Origin: Alphaproteobacteria bacterium
GTDB lineage: Bacteria > Pseudomonadota > Alphaproteobacteria > Bin95
Assembly: GCA_022827685.1 (NCBI GenBank)
Contig: JAJEIH010000117.1
Span: 198 to 64,197, forward strand
Direction of reading: 5' to 3'
Length of the DNA stretch: 64,000 nt
Shown here: positions 23,070 to 32,281 of the stretch, piece by piece
How positions within the stretch are numbered: position 1 is the stretch's first letter
Layout: each line of letters starts with the position of its first letter
Notes under the pieces: generated by a model
Databases searched by the model: none
Told to the model about the DNA's origin: nothing
What the model saw: only the letters and a program-made list of their open reading frames with translations
Made by a program: the position numbers and the translations under genes

Positions 23070-23765
23070 TCAGGCCGGCGGCTCCAGACGGATGAGTTCG
23101 CGGTGGTAGCGGCTGCTCTTCTTGCCCGGCAGCGGCGCCTTGGAGGATATGACCGTGGACCCCAACTCGGGCGAGAACCAGTAGTCGTAACGCGCGGACA
23201 TTTCCCTGCAGATCACGTGATAGGTGTCGAAATTGCCTGCCGGGACCGTGACATTGGCCGTTCCCGCCACCTTGCAGCTTCTTGTGCCGGACCAGGTATT
23301 CCCCTTGTCGTTCCGGCCGCTGTATTTCCAGCTCTCGGTGTTGCCTACGGCAAGCGGGAACAGACGGCCGGACCGTTTATCTATCTTGTGGGAGCCGGTG
23401 TGTCCCGAACAATCGCGCCATCCCAGCGAAGGCGAGTAGCTGGACAGGTCCGTTACGGCCTTGCACCCGTTGGAGCCGTGAACTTCCGCAATCGAGCCGT
23501 CCAGCTTCACGGTTTTCCAGGCCAGTTCCTTGCCGCCCCGCTGCTTCCAGACGGACTTGTCGCCGACCGCCAGCGCCCTGCGTACGCCCGGGGGCAGTTC
23601 GGCTTTGGCGGGCGCGGTTTCCACCTTGGCGGCGGGGGTCCATGCGGCCTTTTGCGCCTTCGCCGGAGCTTCGGGCCCGCCTCCGGCCTTGCATCCGGCA
23701 AGCGCAAGCGCGAGGGCCGCGGCGGGGAGGACGAACGCGCATTTGCGCAAGGCGGAAAGAGTCAT
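23070..23765 (-). CDS. Hypothetical lipoprotein
   Basis: Lipobox LAGC; Ala/Pro/Lys linker; four further Cys in the mature domain; VTVPAGNFD beta motif. Confidence 0.75.
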   Translation of the reverse strand: MTLSALRKCAFVLPAAALALALAGCKAGGGPEAPAKAQKAAWTPAAKVETAPAKAELPPGVRRALAVGDKSVWKQRGGKELAWKTVKLDGSIAEVHGSNGCKAVTDLSSYSPSLGWRDCSGHTGSHKIDKRSGRLFPLAVGNTESWKYSGRNDKGNTWSGTRSCKVAGTANVTVPAGNFDTYHVICREMSARYDYWFSPELGSTVISSKAPLPGKKSSRYHRELIRLEPPA

Positions 23766-23862
23766 CGGGTATTCCTCATGTCATTGCGTAGGGAAGGTAT
23801 GCGGGAGGCGGCGCCGGACGGGGAGGCGCCGCTCCTCCGCCCGGCCGCCGCGGCGGTCGCCG

Positions 23863-24648
23863 TCAGCCGCTCTTTTCGGCCATCTCCATCGCCGGCTGCG
23901 GCAGGGCCACAAGCGGGCTGGCGATGGTGTGGATGACGCTGCCGTCCGGCGCGGTCAGGGTCCGGTCCAGCGTGACGCCGTTGACCTTGACGCTGCCGTC
24001 GCCGCTGAGCGCGTAGAACGAAAGCGGCGGGGCCGTCGTCTGCCAGCCGCCGGCGAGCGTCCACACCTTGCCGTTGGCGTTCTGGAAGGCGCTCTTCGCC
24101 ATCGGTTCGTTCAGCGCGTGCGAGCCGGCCGCCGCCGCGACCTCGGCCATGACCGCGTCACGCATCTCCTCGTCCTTCATGGCCTTGGCGAGAGCATCCA
24201 CGACAGGAGCCAGAACGGAGTCGGGAAGCGCGAACACCGTGCCGGGCGCGCCCATCAACGTGTCGCCGAAGCCCGCCGCCTCCAGAAGGGTCGCCATCAG
24301 GGAGAAGGTTTCCCTGTGGACTTCCATGACGGCCTCGCCCGTCTCCTCATCCATAACCGGAGCGCCGTCCTCGCCCATCTTGGGCGCCTCGTATTCGTAG
24401 TAGTAGGTGCGGAGCGTGGAGAGCACGTCCGTCGGGCAGTCCTGGTCCTGGACTTTCGGGACCTCGATGCCCGCCAGCATGCAGACCTCGGCTTCCATCT
24501 TTTCGGCCTCGGCCGCCTTGGCCTGCGTCTGGGCCGCAGCAGGCGTCCCCAGGGCCAGGGCCGCCAGGGCGGACGCACCGACGAGGCCGCCCAGCAACCT
24601 GCGGGAGCGGGTCCTCTCATCGGATGGAATTACAGGGGGGATAGGCAT
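23863..24648 (-). CDS. Exported Met/Glu-rich protein with a divergent fasciclin (FAS1)-like domain
   Basis: SRRLL Tat-like signal; FSLMATLLEAAGFGDTL..TVFALPD (H1-like) and VKVNG..DGSVIHTIASPL (H2-like). Confidence 0.65.
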   Translation of the reverse strand: MPIPPVIPSDERTRSRRLLGGLVGASALAALALGTPAAAQTQAKAAEAEKMEAEVCMLAGIEVPKVQDQDCPTDVLSTLRTYYYEYEAPKMGEDGAPVMDEETGEAVMEVHRETFSLMATLLEAAGFGDTLMGAPGTVFALPDSVLAPVVDALAKAMKDEEMRDAVMAEVAAAAGSHALNEPMAKSAFQNANGKVWTLAGGWQTTAPPLSFYALSGDGSVKVNGVTLDRTLTAPDGSVIHTIASPLVALPQPAMEMAEKSG

Positions 24649-24779
24649 TGCGCGTTTCCTTTCTCGCTCCGGTGCGCGGCTCCACCGGGTGTCGGCCGCG
24701 CCGGTTGACAATAAATGAATATGCCACCTCAAAGGCGCATGGTCAATATGCGCGTCTTCGGCCTCGTATCGTGCAATAT

Positions 24780-25090
24780 TAGACAGTCTGATTGACGTCG
24801 TACAATGCAGCGGCCGGCCTATTTCGGGACGGACCGGGACCGGCCGCGAAGTTCGCGCCGCAAGCTGCCGCCGCTTCGCCTACCGCTCCCGCCTCGCGTG
24901 CGTCCGGGCTGCGAAGGTGTACGGGACGCTTCGGGATGTCCACGCCGATCCAGCGTCGGAGCGGGAGCAAATTAGACTGTCCTGAAGGTATCAATTCACT
25001 CGAAATAGGACAAGTAGATGCAGCAAAAAATGTTTGTATTACAAGCCGTTAAGTGGGCAGATTCCATTGTCATTCAGTGTAGACTGTCTA
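24780..25090. promoter_or_regulatory. Three TAGAC(A/T)GTC operator-like sites between the divergent FAS1-like and GntR genes
   Basis: TAGACAGTCTG 24780, TAGACTGTCCT 24973, palindromic TAGACTGTCTA 25080. Confidence 0.55.
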
Positions 25091-25135
25091 GAGTCCGGTA
25101 CTGCAAAGTGGTTGGAACGCGAGAGGGTCGGAAAG

Positions 25136-25894
25136 TTGGAAAGACCGGCGCCAGCTCACTCCCGCATCTACGATCATTTCTCCGAACGGATTCGGCAGGG
25201 ACGGATCGAAACCGGAGAACAGCTTCCCACGGAAGCCGATATTGCGGCCATGTTCGGCGTCAGCCGCGCGACGGTGCAGTTCGCCATGTCCCGGCTGGCA
25301 TGGGAGGGCTGGATCGAGCGGTTTCCGGGTCGGGGCACCTTCGCCAGCACCGGGGCGGCCCGGTCCGGCGGCGGACAGGCGGCGGACCCGGATTTCAGTG
25401 TCGATATGCACAGTCTGCCGGCGTTCGACGACGAGGCCGCGCCGGGGGAGGACGACATTACTTACCGGCTGATGGCATTCGGCCGAAAGAAGGCGCCGTC
25501 CGATGTATCGAGAGCGCTGAATATCGAGTCGGACGAACCGGTTTTCGTGCTGGAAAGGCTGCGGTTTATCAGGGAAGAGGCGGTGGAGGCGGAGAGTTGC
25601 TTCTTTCCTCCGGACGTATTTCCCAAATTCGATACGTCGGCCCTGGACCGCGTACCTACCGAGGAGCTTCTGGTCGAAGAGAATCTCGGCTTCAGGATCG
25701 GCCGGATCGAAACCAGAATTCAGCCCGCCAATGCCGATTCCAGCGAGGCGAGGCTGTTGAACGCGGACGGCGACCGGGCGCTGCTCATGCTCTCGCAAAA
25801 ACACTTCTCGGAGGGCGACCGACCGGTCGTCTACACCGACCGCATTTGCGTTTCGCCCATCGGCTTTAGCTACACGACGCACGCCGCCGGATAG
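25136..25894 (+). CDS. GntR family regulator, HutC/UTRA type
   Basis: QLPTEADIAAMFGVSRATV..GRGTF wHTH followed by a UTRA-like domain; TTG start uncertain. Confidence 0.85.
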   Translation: MERPAPAHSRIYDHFSERIRQGRIETGEQLPTEADIAAMFGVSRATVQFAMSRLAWEGWIERFPGRGTFASTGAARSGGGQAADPDFSVDMHSLPAFDDEAAPGEDDITYRLMAFGRKKAPSDVSRALNIESDEPVFVLERLRFIREEAVEAESCFFPPDVFPKFDTSALDRVPTEELLVEENLGFRIGRIETRIQPANADSSEARLLNADGDRALLMLSQKHFSEGDRPVVYTDRICVSPIGFSYTTHAAG

Positions 25895-26113
25895 AAGGCG
25901 GGCGGGGAATGGCGGAACACCGGGCCGGTGCAGCCCACGGATATATCGGCAGTCGCGGAACGGGAAGCGGGTGTCCCGCCTTGGCGGCCGGAGGGGCGCA
26001 CTGGAACGCGCTTCCGGTCCTGAGTCGTGCGCCCTCTCGCCCTTCCGATGGAGAGCACAAGTAGAAGGATTCGGGCGCTTTCAGCACAGGTTTGAGCGCG
26101 TAGCGGTCGTGGC

Positions 26114-27058
26114 TTACCCCCAGGCGAGCTCGGCGAAGGCTTCCAGGCGGCGGGTGCAGGTGTCCTCGTCGGGGCTTTCGTAACCGACGATCAGGGTGTC
26201 CAGGCCGGCTTCGGCGAAAGCCGCGAGATCGTCGCGGATGGCGGGGCGGTCCCCGGTGAACGGCCGGCGGTTGCCCTCCTCGTCGAGGACCGTCTCGCCC
26301 GGCATGATCCACATGGCGTAGAGGCTGCCTGTAGGCGGCGGCCTTCCGGCTTCCTCCGCCGTCTTCCGCACCTGTGCAAGGCCGGCGGCGTAGCGTTCCG
26401 GCGTGTTGAACCGCCAGCGCGGGTGGTTGCCGAGCGGATACCAGGCGTCGCCCAGCCTCCCGGCGCGGCGCCGCGCCGCCGGGCTCTCGCCGCCGACCCA
26501 GATCGGCGGATGCGGCTTCTGCGCGGGCTTCGGCGAAAACAGGAGGTTGTCGAAGGCCACATGCTCCCCGGCATAGGCGGGCGCAGGCCCGGTCCAGAGA
26601 TTGCGAAAGGCCTCCAGCGTCTCGTTCGCCGCCCGGCCCCGGCTCGCGAATTCCGGGGCGTGGGGCAGCAGGGCGAATTCTTCCTGCAGCCAGCCGACGC
26701 CGACGCCGAGCGTCAGCCTGCCGCCGGAGAGCACATCGGCCGTCGCCAGCATCTTCGCGGCCAGCATGGGCGGGCGGTGGCCCAGCACCATGACGGAGGT
26801 GAGCAGCCGGATGCGCTCGGTCGCGGCTGCGAGGAACCCCACCGTCGTTACCTGCTCCAGGCATTCGCCCGTATCCTCGGCGAACCAGCGCCCGTCCTTC
26901 GTATAGGGATAGGCGGTGCCGGGATTGCGGGCGATCACCACATGGTCGCTGACGCCGAGATAGCCATAGCCGGCGGCCTCCGCGCGCCGGGCCATGCGGG
27001 CGAGAGAGTCCGGCTTTCCCGCGGGGCCGCGCAGGCCGAGGTGAAGTCCGAATTGCAT
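26114..27058 (-). CDS. LLM-class (luciferase-like) oxidoreductase, probable F420-dependent subfamily
   Basis: SDHVV, AAATERIRL.TSV, LSGGRLTLGVGVGWLQEEF, PKPAQKPHPPIWVGGES. Confidence 0.85.
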   Translation of the reverse strand: MQFGLHLGLRGPAGKPDSLARMARRAEAAGYGYLGVSDHVVIARNPGTAYPYTKDGRWFAEDTGECLEQVTTVGFLAAATERIRLLTSVMVLGHRPPMLAAKMLATADVLSGGRLTLGVGVGWLQEEFALLPHAPEFASRGRAANETLEAFRNLWTGPAPAYAGEHVAFDNLLFSPKPAQKPHPPIWVGGESPAARRRAGRLGDAWYPLGNHPRWRFNTPERYAAGLAQVRKTAEEAGRPPPTGSLYAMWIMPGETVLDEEGNRRPFTGDRPAIRDDLAAFAEAGLDTLIVGYESPDEDTCTRRLEAFAELAWG

Positions 27059-27090
27059 GGGGGCTGGCCTCCCCTTGTTCGTTGCGGGCC

Positions 27091-28350
27091 TCAGATACTC
27101 TTCACGGTCAGCCAGGCGCGGAAGGCGGTCTCGAAGGCGGCGGCGCGCAGCGGGCGCAAGCGGTCGCTGCCGGCTTCATGGACCGGGACCGGCGGCGGCT
27201 CGCCGCCCAGCGCCGCGTCGGCGAGCCAGCGCCCGAGCACCGTGCCGGGGCCGATGCCGCGCCCGTTATAGCCCATCACCGCCCAGAGGCCGGGTGCCGG
27301 GGTGAGCAGGCGGGGCAGGTGGTCGCGGGTGAGCGCGATGCGGCCGTGCCAGGCGCATTCCCACTCCAGCTTGCCCAGCGCCGGAAACAGCCGGCGCGCC
27401 GCCCGGTCGGCCCAGCGCTCGGACAGCCGCCCGGCAAGGCGGCCCATGCTGCCGAGGATGAGCCGTCCGGCCCTGTCCCGGCGGACCGAGGTCATCACCG
27501 GCGCCGTGTCCCACACGCCCTGCCTGCCCGGCATGATGTCCGCGCCCGCCTCGCCGAGCGGCCTGCTGGCGACCTGGAAATAGTGGATCGGCGTATAGGC
27601 CGCATCCGCTCCGAGCCCGCCGCCATAGGCATTGGTCGCAAGCAGCACCTTGTCGGCGCGCACCCGGCCGCGCGGGGTCTCGACAAGCCATCCCGTTCCG
27701 CTCGGCGAAACGCCTGAAACCGGCGTGCCGGCGAAGAGGCGCGCCCCCGCATTGCGCCCGTCCGCGCGGGCGGCGGCATGGGCGAGCCCGCGCGCATAGC
27801 CGAGCGGATTGATGGTGCCGGCCCGCCGGTCGAGCAGCCCGCCGTGAAAGGCGCGCGTTCCGATGGCGCTCGCGGCCCCGTCGCGGTCGAGCAGTTCCAC
27901 CGGCGCGCCGAGCGCCGACCAGGCGCCGTGGCGCTCTTTCAGTTCGCGCTGTCCGGCGGGGCTGTGCGCGGCGTGGATCGTGCCGTTGTGCGTGGCCTCG
28001 CAATCGATGCCGTGCCGGTCGATCAGTCCGAACACCTGCCCGGGCGCTTCGGAAAGGGCGGAGACCAGCCGCTCGCCCTTCTCCCTGCCGAGCGCGGCTT
28101 CGATCCTGTCGGGCGGCAGCCAGAGCCCGGCATTGACGAGGCCGACATTGCGCCCGGAGCCGCCAAAGCCGATCTCCTCCGCCTCCAGCACGCAGCAGGA
28201 GATGCCCTGCTCCGAGAGGCGCAAGGCGGCGGAGAGGCCGGTGAACCCCGCGCCGACAATCGCGACGTCCGTCTCGGTATCGCCGTCGAGCGGCGGACAG
28301 TCGGGGCCGGGCGGCGCCGTCCGCGCCCAGAGCGAATCCAGCCTAGACAA
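27091..28350 (-). CDS. FAD-dependent oxidoreductase (L-pipecolate oxidase-like, DAO family)
   Basis: DVAIVGAGFTGLSAA, GFGGSGRNVGLVNAG, INPLGYARGLA, GYNGRGIGPGT. Confidence 0.85.
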   Translation of the reverse strand: MSRLDSLWARTAPPGPDCPPLDGDTETDVAIVGAGFTGLSAALRLSEQGISCCVLEAEEIGFGGSGRNVGLVNAGLWLPPDRIEAALGREKGERLVSALSEAPGQVFGLIDRHGIDCEATHNGTIHAAHSPAGQRELKERHGAWSALGAPVELLDRDGAASAIGTRAFHGGLLDRRAGTINPLGYARGLAHAAARADGRNAGARLFAGTPVSGVSPSGTGWLVETPRGRVRADKVLLATNAYGGGLGADAAYTPIHYFQVASRPLGEAGADIMPGRQGVWDTAPVMTSVRRDRAGRLILGSMGRLAGRLSERWADRAARRLFPALGKLEWECAWHGRIALTRDHLPRLLTPAPGLWAVMGYNGRGIGPGTVLGRWLADAALGGEPPPVPVHEAGSDRLRPLRAAAFETAFRAWLTVKSI

Positions 28351-29509
28351 CCGACACGTCCGCCGGGTGGCCCATCAGGAAGGCGCCGACCGTGCGGAAA
28401 TGGGACTTGCGGCCCTGGAGCTGCTGCGTGACGGAGTGGAGGTCCCGGAAGCGCCGTTCGAAATCCGCCCCGGCGAAGATCGCGCTGGCGCCCGCCGCGT
28501 CGTAGAGCATATCGGCCGCGGTCTTCGCTTCGTGGATGGCGAAGGTGGAGGCGAGGCGGATGCGGACCCGGTCCTCGATCTCCAGCCGTTCGGCGTTCTG
28601 CGCGCCGTCCCAGATATCCTCGACCTCGGAAAGCACGAAGGCGCGCGCCGAGCGGATGCGCGCGACGGCCTGCGCGGTGTCGTAATGGACGAGGTCGTTG
28701 TCCGCGAGGCGGGACTTGTGGAGGCGCGGCGTCTTGTCCTGCGCCAGCGCCAGAAAGGCGTCCAGCACGCCCTCGGCGATGCCGAGCGCCGTGCCGGCAA
28801 AGCCCATGGCATACATGTTCATGCTGAGGAACAGGTAGAGCGGCGCCTCGTATTGCCGCCAGTCCTCATGGTCGCGAACGGTCGTATAGGCCTCCGGCAC
28901 GAAGCGGTCCTTCAGCGTGTAGCCGTCGCTCGCCGTGCCGCGCAGGCCGATCGTGTCCCAGATGTCCTCGATCTCGATTGTGGACGCCGGCATCAGGAAG
29001 GTGCGGACGAGTGTCGAGCCGTCGGCCATGCGCTGGCGCTCGCCGCTATCGTCCATCACCGGCATATGCGCGCCGAGCCAGGTGGCGTGGCGGGCGCCGC
29101 TGGCAAACGCGATCTTGGCGTCGGCCCGGTATCCGCCCTCGACGATGCGGGCTTCGGCCGGCCCCGGCCCCCAGGCGAGCACGGCCGCCGGGTCGCCGCC
29201 CCACATTTCCTCCGCGATCTCGGGCGCCAGATAGGCGGCGGCCATGGCGCAGCCATTCGCCTGGCAGAGGCACCAGGCGGTGCTGCCGTCATGGCGCGCG
29301 ACTTCCGAGATCGTCTTGAAGAAGGTCGGCGGGGGCGTCTCCAGCCCGCCATAGGGCCTCGGCAGCAGCATCCGGAACAATTTGTGCTCGTGCAGCGCAT
29401 CGAGCAGGCCAGCCGGCAGGCGCCGCCGCCGGTCGATTTCCGGCGCCGCGGCCCGGATCTCGGGGCCGAGGCCGCGCGCCGCCTCGAGCACGCCGTCCGG
29501 GCGCAGCAT
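28343..29509 (-). CDS. Acyl-CoA dehydrogenase-fold flavin-dependent monooxygenase (HsaA-like hydroxylase)
   Basis: LFRMLLPRPYGG, DGSTAWC, FASGARHATW, WDTIGLRGTAS, ERRFRDLH; TGATG coupling. Confidence 0.85.
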   Translation of the reverse strand: MLRPDGVLEAARGLGPEIRAAAPEIDRRRRLPAGLLDALHEHKLFRMLLPRPYGGLETPPPTFFKTISEVARHDGSTAWCLCQANGCAMAAAYLAPEIAEEMWGGDPAAVLAWGPGPAEARIVEGGYRADAKIAFASGARHATWLGAHMPVMDDSGERQRMADGSTLVRTFLMPASTIEIEDIWDTIGLRGTASDGYTLKDRFVPEAYTTVRDHEDWRQYEAPLYLFLSMNMYAMGFAGTALGIAEGVLDAFLALAQDKTPRLHKSRLADNDLVHYDTAQAVARIRSARAFVLSEVEDIWDGAQNAERLEIEDRVRIRLASTFAIHEAKTAADMLYDAAGASAIFAGADFERRFRDLHSVTQQLQGRKSHFRTVGAFLMGHPADVSVV

Positions 29510-30588
29510 CAGAACATGATGACGCTGCGCGCCACGCTGCCGGATTTCATGTCGTCGAAGGCCTGGTTGATGTCCTTGAGCTCGATGCGCTGCGAGATCA
29601 TCTCGTCGAGGCGCAGCTTGCCGTTCAGGTAGAAATCGACCAGACGGGGCATATCGACCCGGAACCGGTTGGAGCCCATGGTCGAGCCCTGGATGCGCTT
29701 CTCGCGCAGGAACTCCGGCCCGTGCAGCTCGATCTTGGTGCCGACCGGCACCATGCCGACGATCGTCGCCGTGCCGCCGGGGCGGATCATGCGGAAGGCG
29801 TTCTCGGAGGTCGATTTGAGGCCGATGCACTCGATGGCGTGGTGGACGCCGCCGCCGGTGATCTCCCGCACCTCGCCGACCATGTCCTGCCCGGTGGCGT
29901 CGATCACATGCGTCGCGCCGAACTCCTTGGCGAGATTCAGCTTCGAGCCCACGGTGTCGATGGCGATGATGCGCCCGGCGCCCGCAATGGCCGCGCCGTT
30001 GACGGCCGAGAGGCCGACGCCGCCGCAACCGATGATCGCCACATCCATGCCGGGCTCCACCTTCGCGGTGTGGAAGACGGCGCCCACGCCCGTCATCACG
30101 CCGCAGCCGATGAGCGCGGCGCGGTCGAGCGGCATGTCCTCGCGCACCTTCACCAGCGCATGCTCGTGCACCAGCATCATCTCGGCGTAGGAGGAGAGGT
30201 TGGCGAACTGCGTCATCGGCGCGCCGCCCTTGGCGAGCCGCGGCTCCTCGTCCGCCCGGCGCTGCAGGTCCGGGTTGTCGCAAAGCGACATATGGCCGGT
30301 CAGGCAGTATTCGCACTCGCCGCAGAAGGCGGAGAGGCAGGTGATGATATGGTCGCCCTTCTTCACATAGGTGACCTGCTCGCCGACTTCCTCGACGATG
30401 CCCGCGCTCTCGTGGCCCAGCACGATGGGCAGCTTCGCCGGGTAGAGGCCCTCGACGAAATGGAGGTCGGAATGGCACACGCCCGCCGCCGCGGTGCGCA
30501 CCAGCACCTCGCGCGGGCCCGGCTTGGATATCTGCACGTCCTCGACTTCGAGCGGCTTGCCGACTTCACGGAATACGGCGGCTTTCAT
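29509..30588 (-). CDS. Zn-dependent alcohol dehydrogenase
   Basis: GVCHSD, GHESAGIV, CGECEYC..C, GCGGVG. Confidence 0.92.
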   Translation of the reverse strand: MKAAVFREVGKPLEVEDVQISKPGPREVLVRTAAAGVCHSDLHFVEGLYPAKLPIVLGHESAGIVEEVGEQVTYVKKGDHIITCLSAFCGECEYCLTGHMSLCDNPDLQRRADEEPRLAKGGAPMTQFANLSSYAEMMLVHEHALVKVREDMPLDRAALIGCGVMTGVGAVFHTAKVEPGMDVAIIGCGGVGLSAVNGAAIAGAGRIIAIDTVGSKLNLAKEFGATHVIDATGQDMVGEVREITGGGVHHAIECIGLKSTSENAFRMIRPGGTATIVGMVPVGTKIELHGPEFLREKRIQGSTMGSNRFRVDMPRLVDFYLNGKLRLDEMISQRIELKDINQAFDDMKSGSVARSVIMF

Positions 30589-30658
30589 GGGCGTCGTCCC
30601 CTCCGGGTGGTCTTCTGTCCTCAGGGGCGATGATGCCCCAAGCCGGGCGCCGGCGGAA

Positions 30659-31678
30659 TCAGTTCTTGGAGCGGTCAACCAGCGCGTTCTCCGCGATCCA
30701 CGGCATCATGCCGCGCAGGCGCGCGCCGACCTCTTCCACCGGATGCTCCGCTGCGCGCCGGCGCATGGCCTTGAAGCTCGCCTGTCCGGCGGCGTTCTCC
30801 AGCACCCATTCGCGCGCGAAGGCGCCGGACTGGATTTCGGCCAGAATGGTCTTCATCCGCTCCTTCACGCTCTCGTCCACAACGCGGGGCCCGCGGCTGT
30901 AGTCGCCGTATTCCGCCGTGTTCGAGACCGAATAGCGCATCTGCGCGAGGCCGCCCTCATAGATGAGGTCCACGATCAGCTTCACCTCGTGGACGCATTC
31001 GAAATAGGCCATTTCAGGGGCGTAGCCGGCCTCGCAGAGCGTCTCGTAGCCCGCCTGGATCAGCGAGGTGATGCCGCCGCAAAGCACGGTCTGCTCGCCG
31101 AACAGGTCCGTCTCGCACTCCTCCTTCATGGTCGTCTCGATGACGCCGGCCCGGCCCGCGCCGAGGCCGCAGGCATAGGAGAGGCCGAGCTCCTGGCAGT
31201 TGCCGGAGGCGTTCCTGTGGACGGCGAGCAGGCTCGGCACGCCGGCGCCGCGCACATATTCGGAGCGCACCAGGTGGCCGGGGCCCTTCGGCGCGACCAT
31301 GAACACGTCAAGGTCCGAGCGCGGCTCGATGAGGTTGAAGTGGATCGAGAGCCCGTGCGCGACGGCGAGTGCGGCGCCTTCCTTCATGTTGCCGGCGAGG
31401 TCGCCGGAATAGAGTGCCGAATGGCCCTCGTCGGGGGTCAGCATCATCACCACGTCGGCCGTGCGGGCGGCCGCGTCGGGCGTCATCACCGTGAAGCCGG
31501 CGCCCTCGGCCTTCGGCCGGCTGCCGGAGCCTTCGCGCAGGCCGACGATGACATTCTCGACGCCGCTTTCGCGCAGGTTGTTGGCGTGGGCATGGCCCTG
31601 GCTGCCATAGCCCAGTATGGCGACGGTCCGCGACTTGATGAGGTTGAGGTCGGCGTCGCGATCGTAATAGACGCGCAT
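30659..31678 (-). CDS. ilvC: Ketol-acid reductoisomerase
   Basis: [41 protein letters not shown]. Confidence 0.97.
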   Translation of the reverse strand: MRVYYDRDADLNLIKSRTVAILGYGSQGHAHANNLRESGVENVIVGLREGSGSRPKAEGAGFTVMTPDAAARTADVVMMLTPDEGHSALYSGDLAGNMKEGAALAVAHGLSIHFNLIEPRSDLDVFMVAPKGPGHLVRSEYVRGAGVPSLLAVHRNASGNCQELGLSYACGLGAGRAGVIETTMKEECETDLFGEQTVLCGGITSLIQAGYETLCEAGYAPEMAYFECVHEVKLIVDLIYEGGLAQMRYSVSNTAEYGDYSRGPRVVDESVKERMKTILAEIQSGAFAREWVLENAAGQASFKAMRRRAAEHPVEEVGARLRGMMPWIAENALVDRSKN

Positions 31679-31721
31679 GGGGCGGGCTTCCTTTCTTCGG
31701 TCGAACTTTCGTTGCGGGCGT

Positions 31722-32237
31722 TCACATGCCCTCGGCGCCGCGCGCGATGGCGACGACGCCGGTGCGGGCGAGGTCGGTCATGCCGAGAGGGCGCATCAGG
31801 TCGATGAAGGCGTCGATCTTCTCGGTCGAGCCGGTGACCTCGAACACGAAGGAGCGGTGGGTGCTGTCCACCACGCGGGCGCGGAAGATGTCGGCGATGC
31901 GCAGCGCCTCGATGCGCCGGGCGCCGCCGCCCGCGACCTTGACCAGCACCAGCTCCCGCTCGACATGCGGTCCCTCCTGGGTGAGGTCGGACACGCGGTG
32001 GACGGGCACAAGCCGGCCGAGCTGGGCCTTGATCTGCTCCAGCACCATCAGCGTCCCGGACGTGACGATGGTGATGCGCGACAGATGGCCGGTCGGGTCG
32101 GTCTCGGCGACGGTCAGGCTCTCGATATTGTAGCCGCGGCCGGAGAACAGGCCGATGACGCGCGCCAGCACACCGGGCTCGTTGTCCACGACCACGGCGA
32201 AGATTCGCCTTTCCTGCTGGTGCTCCGTGGCGGCCAA
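31722..32237 (-). CDS. ilvN: Acetolactate synthase small subunit
   Basis: [28 protein letters not shown] domain, [19 protein letters not shown]. Confidence 0.95.
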   Translation of the reverse strand: MAATEHQQERRIFAVVVDNEPGVLARVIGLFSGRGYNIESLTVAETDPTGHLSRITIVTSGTLMVLEQIKAQLGRLVPVHRVSDLTQEGPHVERELVLVKVAGGGARRIEALRIADIFRARVVDSTHRSFVFEVTGSTEKIDAFIDLMRPLGMTDLARTGVVAIARGAEGM

Positions 32238-32281
32238 TTGGGTCTCTCCTCGCGCCGGACGGCCGGAAGTCAGGGCCGATC

